64,000 nucleotides of DNA from Phallusia mammillata (lineage: Eukaryota). A program made the position numbers and the translations under genes. Positions within the stretch are counted from its first letter, which is position 1, and each line of letters starts with the position of its first letter. Below are positions 15,101 to 27,100 of this stretch, piece by piece. Location: contig OZ281496.1 of NCBI GenBank assembly GCA_965637545.1, forward strand, positions 22,196,001 through 22,260,000, given 5' to 3'. Below the pieces are notes generated by a model, which saw nothing but the letters and a program-made list of their open reading frames with translations, did no database searches and was not told the DNA's origin.

Positions 15101-18100
15101 TAAATTAGAGACTCCTAACAAAAGATAGCGTAGGAATGGCGACAAAAAACGTAAAAAACCTTTACTATAATCGCAATGCTTTCCAGATCGCACCCTAAAA
15201 GCTTGACAATGATAATAGCTATTCTTTCTTTCAACTTGAAAGTCCTTAATTAATATATACATATAAGGTATATTACCTGACAAATTAAAGCTGTATTTTC
15301 CCGTAACGGACTAACCCTCATTGAAAAGACTGAAAGCCTAAATCTTGATATACATCAATCAGATTTAACTACAACAGCCCACATAAAATCACTAAAACCG
15401 AACCTGACTCTACACGTATGTCAATATTCTTGTGAGGGCTGAGCCGACAAAACCCTTTCGGAAGAGAGTTGGTCTATTTATAAACCGGTCGAAAAGGTTA
15501 ATGACGTCACAATAGAAAGGTTCAGCAAAGCGATTACGGCGTCATGGACCAACGGACCCGACAAACAATCGATGCAGCCCACAAGAGCGTCAATGAAACG
15601 TATCAACATGATATTGCCAAAGGATTTTACTACGCTTCTATTAACATGGGATTTTTTTATGAGTTAAACAACTGTTGTTGTATTATCTAAGTTAAATACA
15701 CAAGAGGCAAAAATGAAAAATTGTAAACTAAGAAAATGTAGTAATAAGAAATGGATCAACTTTTAGTACTAAGTACACAAACTCTTCAAAACACAGTATA
15801 GTGCATTTTTTTCTTTGCAGGAACCCATTTTAGTGTTTCACCAAGCAGAAAAGATTGCTGGTTCGTGAGCGGGGACTGTAAAATTCAACTAATTGCTACT
15901 GTTTATAGACGGGTGTCTACACGAACTACTTAGCTTAGACCCGTCATTGAGTTACATTGTTCACGAACTAGGGTGGTCACAACACGCATGGGGTCACAAA
16001 GTCACACCCAATTGTGGGCCAGAATGGGGTTTAGGTTGACCCCCAAACCCCTACGCCTTAAATTCATCTAAATCCATTACTTGATTTGTATAATTTGCGC
16101 ACGATTTTCCACATAGGCAAGTCGCGTATAAAATTGCATACATGACCAAAGCTGTCATAATGCTAAGGTTCTCAATCGAGGTTCCGAAATCGAGGAATGC
16201 GACATGATTTTGGGGTATATTATGATGTTTTGAACAAACTTTGTAGTAAATTTTGGTAAACAAAAATTTTGTTTGTCGAAAAAACTTTCGGGTAATTTTT
16301 GGTTATTGAAAACTATTATGTATTGAAAATCTTGGGATAAATTTAATCTTTAAAACCTACGTTACCAAGAGTAAGCAGATAACCAAGAGTAAACGGGTAA
16401 AAATAGAGTAAACGTCGGTTAAACCGGATTCGGTTAATGCGGATCTTCGCCTAATTCGGACAAAATTTTAGGCACATATGATTTGTAATGTGGTCTTTAA
16501 CTATTCGACATCTGTTAATCCGGATCATCGCCTAATCCGGACAAAATGTTTTGGTCCGAACGGGTCCGGATTAACCGACGTTTACTGTATATCCACAAAA
16601 GGGAAACAAAAATTGGCCTCCTTTGCAGTGTTGTAAAACAGATACCTAAAAGACGATGTGTATTACGTTTATTCACATGTCAAATATTTCTTACTACGCG
16701 AAGCATTTATTTGCGAGGATGAGAAGGCTCTTTTTGGTGTGTTTGCATTGTCGAACAGTTTAATCAATTGATGTCGCGTTAACGTCTAACACCTTTGTTA
16801 CGGACCGGAAAGTTCTATGTTCACGTTTAAATATTTACCTGATGTCAACATAAGGCTGTGACCAAATTTGCCGAGTACGTAATACATTAATCAGCTTACG
16901 CTATCGTTTGACAAAGCGTTATAGAATGTGTGAAGCGGCACGGGTCACGAAAGTTTACATGAAAGCAAAGCTGCTGTGTATTAAAAGACATTCTAAATGC
17001 CAAAAATTAATAAGTTATATTTGTAATTTGATTGCGAAACAAAAAGCACCACATTGCGTTGTGCAAATAATTTACATCTCTAAAACCTAGAGCTTTGGGT
17101 AATATAGTTCAGTAACATGTAATTTAACTTGATTGCACAATACAACGCACTACATTGCGTTGGGGGACCATTTGCATCTTTAAAACCTATAGCGTTCAAT
17201 AATATACCTTCAGCAACGTTCAGTAACTTGTAGTTATATTTTGATCGTAAAACAAAACTTACTGTAGTCCAGGGGTCGGCAACCTTTTTTGCACTGCGGC
17301 CCGTTTTTTAAACTAAAATTTTATCGCGGACCGGTATTCAAGAAACTACAAATATTTGGCAATAAAAACGCTTAAATTAGTTTATTATCTCCGGGATATA
17401 TGCGCAAAATGTTTTTTAGCATTAAACCTGAAAAATTATACGGCCCGGTAACGAACTCCTCGCGGACCGGCGGTTGCCGACCACTGCTGTAGTCCATTAA
17501 GTGTGCGAATAATTTACAAATCTGTCAAACCCAAAACGTTTATTTACATCGTTACTTTTTCCTTGTGCATTTAATTACAACAAATTCTAGAAGCAAATAC
17601 CAGCTTGTTATTATTATAGTACGTCTGGTCAATTGAAGGTTTGGAAAATCGGCTAGATTCGGTATAAACGCCTTCTCAATGGGTCTGGCGTACTATGATT
17701 CATACGTGAAAATGCCGTTATCGCTAGTGGTCTTCACGAACGCTTCAGAGCTGATCAGCTATGACTGTGCGTTTATCATAGCTTGCTCTTATTATAATTT
17801 TTCGCTGTAATATAGTTCTGTCGCAATACGTGAAAAAAATGTCCACGCTTTGTAGTACTTTATTGGCAATTTATTAGTGCTAAAGCTGTGGGTAATCGTT
17901 GTTCTGTACTCATGGAACAACATGTGAGCAAACGTTTAATTACATGGCTTCTCTCTATTTATAACCTACTGCTATATATCAATATAAAGGGAAGTCTTAC
18001 CGTTTCAAGACCAAGTAACACCAGAAGCGGAATTGTTGTAAGCCCTCCTTGGATCCACTCATCCAGATTAACAACCCCATCCCCGTCGTAATCAATCTCT

Positions 18101-21100
18101 TGTAGCATTTCTTGCAGAATCTAAAGCAAAAAAAGTATAGCACTTTTTAATGAAGGACAAAAAGGTAAATATAAATCGCAGTGGAGATGTGTTGGTATCC
18201 ATAGACAAAATCGTGACCTTTGTATCAAGCTTTTTAGCTGAGCAAACCAATATAGAGAACACTTCATATAGTGACCTGATAGGTTTATTGTACAGTAAAC
18301 CTCGGTTAAACCGGATTCGGTAATTCCGGATCTTCGCCTAATTCGGACAAAACTTGAGGTACAAATGATTTATAATGTGTTAAGGCTTTAACTAATCCAG
18401 ATCTTCGCCTAATCCGTACAAACATTTTGGTCCAAACCGGTCCGGGTTAACCGAGGCTTACTGTATTTCTACGAAGGACAACGATAGTCATGTTTGAAGA
18501 ATATTAGGTTGGGTTTAAGGGACTCTCAAATATAAGAAGATACTGGTACTCTCAAATGATACTCTCAAATAAAATAAAAAGATACTGGTAAATAAACTTT
18601 GGTAAAAATAACTCCAAATTTACAGTTAATCTAAGTATATAAGCACCCGCTATAAAAACCTGCGCGGCCTTTCAGTACTATTGTTTTTGATTCTACAAAA
18701 AGCCTGAAATTCCTGCTTCCTGTACCTTACTGTCCAAAACAATGCACGAACAAAGATTCTTATATTCGCTTCGGTTTATTCATAGCAAACGAAAGTGTTT
18801 TGACCATGAATAACCTCACTTCTCGGTCAGAGTCAGTGGACCGGAAACGACTGTGACGTCACAAAGGCTTAACCGATAAGTGCGTGTGCACTATACGAGT
18901 GCGTCATTCAATCTTGATGAATAATCGTTCATCATACCACTACATGCATTTACTCTTGTCGTTATTATCCCTTCCTGTTTCAGTTTACAAGCGAGGGAAA
19001 GCGACTGGTACATGACGTCAAATGTTTTTGGGTTATTTCGGTGGCAAAACATGTTGTGAACTTTTATAACCCCGTGTTGACAATCGAATCACGCCAGGAT
19101 GTGGCAATGCAAAAACAGGAAAATGCAAATTTTGTATTGTTTTTATTTCCAAACCGACTATCCGTTTATGCAAAGCTTTTTAAAACAATAACATGGACAG
19201 TTTACTTTTCACAAAGTTGTATTGATTTTTTTTAACAAATATATTTTTACCTTTCAAAATACCATTTACTGTGAGTATTATTGCATTTTATTTTATCAGT
19301 GGCTATTAATTTGATATTCGTACATAAATTTCCTAAGTTGGAAAATGTTTATTTCCAGGTCAAAATCAGTTGACAATCTTATAAAGAGCAAACAGTTTTC
19401 CCTAAAAAAGCATCTTTAGTGTCTATAAGGGCAATAAAAGGGCGTTAAATTAGAAAAGGCTTAGAGTTCAATTCACAAACACGATCATTCCTCAACTGAA
19501 AGTCTGGCAAACTAAACTTACTGTAAACACGCAATTGCATCGACGAAACGTTCATTTTCGCGATTATTCCGTCGTCGTTATTGCATTTTTTGCGATTGGA
19601 ATGACATGGTTTGTCACCAATTTGCAGCGAATGCACAGTAAAAGATAGGAAACGCACGAAAGATTGTCACCTGATTTTAACCTGGAAATAAACATTTCCC
19701 AACTTGTCCTGAGAGTATTTAAACTGAACAGTATCTGACCCTTCAACAGGCAGCATGGTCATCGACGATCACCGTTTATTTAATTCAATAACTAAGAATG
19801 GAAAGTATTTTCCAAGTAACGAAATCTGTCGATAAAATCTTGGAATATATATTTCGCCTAATGGCATCTTCAGTTCCTATAAAAACCACACTTTGTTTTG
19901 TTGTGTTTTTACTTTTATTTCTTTTACTGATGTTTTATTTTGTGGTCTATATAGGAACTGAAGATGCCATTAGGCGAAATATATATTTCAAGATTTTATC
20001 GACTGATTTCGTTACTTGGAAAATACTTTCTATTCTTAGTTTCCCTCTTGTGATATATATATATATATATGACGAAAGGTGGAAATTAATGCAAAAATGG
20101 AAATAGAACAGGAAATGATTCACAGAATCAATACAACAGGATTCGTAACTTACATAAATTTTGTTACACTTATTAACTTACAGGTCGGAGCTCGGTAATA
20201 TCCCAGCCAAGATATTCTGCAACGTGCATCATCTGGTTCACGATTCTTTCCATCTCCTGCAAATACACGTTAATGGAATGTGAAAATGTTTGAAAAATAA
20301 CCTGTACGATATGCATACCTATTTCGCCAGGATCAGAAAACAGTTCAAAACTGCGATAAACAGCTTTACAAATGACATGGTATGTAACTTTGTGTCGAGT
20401 TAAGTAGAAGTAGGTACATGTTTTTTCAATACACGGTTTTTAAATATTCGGAACAAAAAGACCAAAGCCAGTATTAGTAAAGTATGAATGTGCAATGCGC
20501 TTGTTAATATCTTAGAACGTTACAAAAATTATTGGCTATGGGGGAGAAGCGTAATGGCTTAGCCAGCGTCACACAACGATTAATGAAAACTTTTTTGGGC
20601 GTTCGTGACTGTAGTTTCAACATGCATTACCGCAAATGAAAGTTGAGTATATTTTTACATCAAAGTAATCTAGTATGTGCCATTATCCTGATGAAGGCGT
20701 CTCGTATGGGACGTCGAAACGTCAATTATTTATAATGAACCTCTGGAAGAGAAATACTCGTTTATACATTATGATTGGCAGCAAAATCGTGTTTAGTCTT
20801 TACACAACGCTCAATAAATTCGTCATGGGGCATTCTTGGCACCAACCCATAAAATGGCATTGCGAAACTTGTTCAACACAACGATGAAACTCATAAGTCT
20901 TAACGCAAAGGAAAACGTTGGATGACTTGCTACACAACATGCGTAATGTCACCCTATGGGATGACGCATTTTTTCGTTCAGCCTCTTACGTAAAAGTTAC
21001 GGAGATGAGTTGGCCCCCTACTTGAATTGATTACCAAGTGATCGATACCAATTTAACTATGGTTAGCGTTGTGGTAAATGAGACTTTGTTCGACTTAGAT

Positions 21101-24100
21101 TGGAATTGATTCGAGATTTTCTAATTTCATTCCACTGGGGCGGTTTGATTCTCAAAAGCGCTGACAGTAAGTGGATTAATTTGATTTAGCCGGAATTGAT
21201 TAAACTTCTGGAAGTTTCGAACACTGACATGTTTAATTGGAAATATGAAGTAAAAAAGCATCAATAAATTGTGAATTTAACGTAATGGTTATTGGTTGGT
21301 TAAGTAGTATTATAAATGCACATATGGTACTACCAGTAGCATCATCATTTCTCGGATTGCGTAAACAACTACAAATCTCCCTGTCAATTAAAGTTGGCTC
21401 AAAAGTAAAAAAATAGCCCTGTCATTTAAAGTTGGCCCAAAAGTAAAAAAAATAGCCCTGTCATTTAAAGTTGGCCCTAAAGTGTTGACTAATTCATTTT
21501 TAGTGCAACATTTCACAATTGCCCAACATCAAATATAGCAAACGATATAATTCAAAATCGAGCCATCAGCAAAACAACATCATACACTACTAGTTTTATG
21601 TCAACAGACTAGGCCTAGGTACCACAGTGGTACGTATTTGGTAGTAGCTAAATCAACGGGAAAAGAAAAGTTCTTACCGAGCTGTCCAAACATCCATTGC
21701 CGTCCGTGTCGTAAAGTTTGAAGACGACTACAAACAAAATCGGGAATGACATTTACTTTTCCACTTTGAAATGTGTTCATGATTAACATTAGGTTATTGT
21801 CCAGGTGGCCTGGCAGAACATAGAGTTATTGTCAAACTTTGTAGCGTAGACATATAGACAAATTTTGTGGCAATTTATAGAACGCCAGACCCATTAAAGG
21901 CGTATTACCGAATTAGGCCGGTCTCTCAAACATTCTCATATGGCAAGGCACAAACTGGAAAAATCAGTATAATTTAGTATTGTTTGACATGTCACTATGC
22001 CTTACATGTAAATGTAATACCTTTACCCTCAAATACCAAAAATACACACATATTTGACCATAAAGCAATATTATATAGCCTACAGGCTTAAGCAAATATA
22101 TTTATGCAAAACTTGTGAAACTTACTTTAAATACAGTTTTTTATCAATTGAATATCACAACTAGGAAGTAGCTAGGTGGTAAGTGAATCAGCTTGCAAAT
22201 CACGTTGGAGTATTCAAACCACACGGCTTAAAATGAAATGTACATCATACAGTACATAATAAATTATGATTGACTTTAGATTTGATGGGCAGATCGTGCC
22301 ATTTACAGAAAGTCTATATTGTCTGGTATTTACATTGGAGTTTGTCTTCAGGTCTTCCTCCTTCTAATAGCGAGAGGTAGCAAACAATATCTTTCAACTG
22401 AACTGATTCGTTCTCTGATGGAATTGTATCTGCTTTTGGATTGGCACCCCCACCAATCCCAGAAGTTATAGCCTTGAGAGGCGCAACTGCAAAATGGGAG
22501 AAACATATGTGGTCAATCCGAAATGATTGGAATGTTTTTTTTTGCAAACGGCTGACTTAAGGTGTTGTATGAAGGCAGGAAAAATTGGTGCCTGTAACTT
22601 ACACGGCTAAAAGAAGTATTTGCTATAAAGCGGAATGGTTTCGTAAAGAGTGCATATTGGTGATATAGTTTTAAATGGGTCGAATATTTTTCATTTGTTT
22701 AACAATATAGGGAGTCGGCTTTAACTGTAGGCAACAAGTTTAATGCAGTGTATTATAGGCAATAGTAGAAAGTACATTATGTACATCAGTGTATCTCAAC
22801 ACAATTTTCACCACAGTGGACGGTATAAGTTAATGTCAGTAAAATGAAATATTGATAATCATCATTCAACATAGCAAATACTTCAAACAATATACTTCAA
22901 ACAGCAATATACTTCAAACAACGACTAAAAACGAATTTATCAATAACAAAATCTTGAAAATTACGTAAAGTAGTTAAAAACGTGTGCAAGTTAAAACGTA
23001 TGGAACTTGGCTATAAAAAGCAGCGCGTGCAAATGAAATAATGATAATAATCATCATTCAACATAAACGTCAGCAATACACTTTAAACAACGACTAAAAA
23101 CGAATTTATCAACCAAAATCTTGAAACTTACGTAAAGTAGTTAAAAACGTATGCAAGTTAAAACGTATCCACGTTGGGCAAAAAAAGCAGTGAGTGCAAG
23201 CACAATAGCCAAGAACTCTTGTATTCTTTGCATATTTGCAGTCAAACGTAGGTTAGTGGCGCAATCGTTGTGGAGCGAGAACAGGAGAAAAACTACAGGA
23301 AATTGTGGCTCGCGTATTTATAGACACAGTTGACCTTTTCGTGAGCGAGGCGGCTTGCAAAATATTCTCCCAAGAGCATTTACATTTGGCCAATTGACGT
23401 TTTTTTCAGCAATTGCCTCGCTACTGGACTTTCAATTACGTTTAATTTGTTTTATCGGTGCAGCATCTGTTCTCGTTATAGGCAAAGTGTTGTGTAATAG
23501 TTGACCAACGCACTAACGTGTTTTAAGTTATAGGTGAGTAATTTTCAAATGTCAGCAATTATTTTACCATTAAATTCAACATTTTTCAGTTTGACTTAAT
23601 AATAGATGCGCAAAAAAGAGTAAATTTTATATTTGTCATTCTTAGAATGTCCTAAATTGAAAACAAAACTGTCCAATTGCACCCATTACATGAGATCGAA
23701 TAGATGTACTGAAATATTTAGAACCACGGGTGTTATTTATAGCCAACTTGTTCACTGTTACATAAGGCCGCTTGAAGTGGTTTTATAACATGTCATTTTT
23801 TTGTGAGACGCGTCATTTCTTATAGGTTTCACGTAGATTTAACTTACATAGACACACATAAAAATATAGAACAGCATATATACATCCATACATTTATGTA
23901 TCTACACAAATTATGTTTAAAACAATTTGGCTATATTGGTTCTTTAGATTTTCGGCTTAGAATTAACATTTACCTGCAGTTAGCAGCTTAGATCTTCTGT
24001 CGCCCTTCTGTGTATCAGCGTTAACTTTTAACGTGTCGGTTTGATGCGGAATATCCCCAGCGGTGCCGTTCGCCTCTGCAACATAATATAATAACGTCAC

Positions 24101-27100
24101 TATTTATAGGTCAGGTGCAATTTTCTAAACATTGTGGGAATTGATTACCGGTTACAACATAGGCTTTGAAATACGCTAAACGTCATGCTTTAATGGCTGA
24201 TTTTTAATATAATATGGTTTTGTAGCAAAGTAATCCATTGGCCTCAAAATGGTGGGTCATTAAAGGTGGTTGAAATGCAAGAACTTTGCGATTTTAAGAA
24301 ACATATTGGGCTGCTCTGGCCTCTCGGTAGTTTCTTTGATTCTATTCCATGGTTGTTTTGTGACCCTGAATAAGGTGAGTTTAAAAACCCATTTTTTACG
24401 ATTATTGGTGATAGAAAAGTTGCCCCAAACGACGATCTAAAATTCGTTTCAAAACACGAATACACACCCTAGTATAGCGCAGCTGTGAGTCCATGACCTA
24501 AACCGTTTTTATACTTTTCTGGTTAGGCCTAAAACGACACCATCAAACACAGTGGTTCTTAACCTTTTTGGTGTAGTTTCCCACCACAGTCAATCACCAA
24601 AGTCTAATTTCCCTCTCTGTTGTTTTTATGAAGATGTTTTGTACATTACGAATAATTGTCTATATTCCATTAAAAATACTTTATGACTGAATAATTAGAT
24701 ATATGACTTTAGATATTAGAGTGAAACTTGAAAACAACAATTTAGGTACCCTATATACAATTATCCTCTGCATGTACATACCACCGGTTAAGAACCACTG
24801 ATCAAACGCATGCTGTGGGTTGTTTTTCAACATTCGTTAAGTCACCATGGACCAAAAGGAGACATGCAAACGTTACCAGCCCCAAAAAGCACAATGTGAG
24901 TTATTGTAAATGCACCTCCATTATCAGTTGGATTCACCGCTGTAGCTTCTTCACCGGTTTCAGCAACAGCCACACTGTTAGGCCGGTTTCCAGACATACT
25001 TTTCAATATTGTGTCCGTGCACGGGCCTGGTTATAGTACACTTTGCGTAAGTATAGGTGACTGTGTTAAAAGCACACAAAGGTTAATAAAGCTACGTGAA
25101 AAAATGCATCTGCTGGCATGCATACTATAGAAGTGCGTTCAGAAGCGAGTTTTGTGCAGCCGATCATGCAATTCAATAAATCTCGCCTTCAAACATGTTT
25201 ATAACGTCGTGACAGACATAATATGGGTATTTCCAAAATTTTGCTTGAAATTAATCGTTTTGGTCATTTAGGACGAATTTAGAAAATTGATCCTCGACAG
25301 CACATATCTCGCCCGCAGAAAGGAGAAGCCAGTAGGAAGTGGCAACATGCAAAGACGAGCAACTATTTTTGGCACAATTTGTCCTATATATGTCATCTGC
25401 AGCAAACAATCGGGATTTTTACTGCAACGGCTATTTTAAAGTGTCACGTATGTTCCTGGAAAGTTATGAAGAGAGTTACATCCAGTGTTTAAACTTTAAA
25501 GGGTCATCACCAGGACAAAAGACCACAAAAATGTGTATTTTGGGTTAAACTAAAAACGCATTTGTTGTTTTGTATAGCAACATGCATTATTTCAATATTG
25601 TGCTACGTTAGTAAGGTCGTGCCTCGCAATGTATGCCATACACGACAGCTAAGCCCAAAATCCAACTTGGCGTATGTTACGACAACGCAAAAAGGTATGC
25701 TTTGATATCAGACCACGGCATGGTCATTTAAGGGTCGGGTATGGACAAACTTCCAATGCCAATCTTATACATCCACATCGATTGATGTAAAAGCCAACAT
25801 GTGCGTACCTATCGTTTAGCATTGCATCAATATTGTTATATCGTACTTTGTGCATTGCTTGCAAAACACATAATTCGAAAAAAAAACGTCAAGATTCTAT
25901 AAAAAGTCGCAAAAGATGTTTAAGGAGGACTGCTGGTAGTTTGTTTGTGGCCAGTGTTGGTTTAAAAAACATGAAACTTTGATGTAAAGGCATTACACAT
26001 TCCAGCCTGGACAATAAGCTAGTGGCTCAGATATATTTCTGAAGATTGTATATGTTACTTAAGAAACTTAACAGCCGTTAGCATTGTTAACATGCAAATA
26101 TTTGCAATATAAGTATTAGCAATGATTTACAAGAAGCCTTGAACGTTATGATGGCTCCAAATAAAAAACACTTGGCAACGTATTTTAAATAGCAGTAAGT
26201 AGCATGCCTAATAGATCAGTGAAGCTCGGCACCATAGCCAAAAAACGATTATTTGACCTATGTACACACTAAGCAATCATGACAAAGATAATGATGATGA
26301 TAATGATGTTTGCCATAACCGGGCATGCAAGAGGCAAAAATATAGGGCAATATAAATGACTACTCTACAGTCATTCACATTAACACAGACCAAACGGATG
26401 AGGTGTAAGACACGGGCAAAACCGAACCTGCGATTGAAGCACACGCCAGAGCAGTGGGAATGGAAAGATCAATATTGGCACCTGGACATTTACACAATAC
26501 AAAGGATCTGATTATGCAAGCCGTGTAAAGATAAAGTTGAATGCAAAAACGTGGATGATCGCGTCTTAATCAGAAAACAGTCCACGAAGACCGTTGGCGG
26601 TTCATTTGGCAAGAAACAAGGCTGATAGACACTACTTTGTCACGGATAACAAACGGACTTGATTCACACTGGTTTGTTTTTACAATGTAAAAACGGCAAC
26701 ATTTTATAATATGGACACAATATTGCACAAATCGTGTAATAAATGGATAAATAGTGCCCGACATGATGTTACAACACTGATTTTTACTAAGTCGCTGAAT
26801 CATTGGAGAAGTCCGATTTAGCAACAAACGCAATGTAATTTGAAACTATTCGGGCATGCAACGTGGGGTATGATTACTTCGGCTAAACATAACAAACGTT
26901 AAACAAAAAAATCAGACCAAACTGACCAGTAGTGGGTGGTGATTTTGGAGGGTCAGTCTTCTGGAAAGATCTAAACATGTGTGTGCAGAAATCATCTGGT
27001 AGATCGGCATCTAAGTATGTCTCCATGAAGACTTTAAAACCGGGATAGTCGATAGGCTAAATCGGTAGCAATGGTTAGATACAAGCAACTTTTGTAAAAT

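Noticed and set aside
21379-21483. CRISPR-like array
   Set aside because: Simple head-to-tail repeats without unique spacers, in a eukaryotic intron.
24228-24380. Possible extra DGK exon (minus) or nested plus-strand exon ending in gtgagt
   Set aside because: Plus frame ends in a stop with no partner exons; minus frame has only a weak donor and is not needed for phase continuity.
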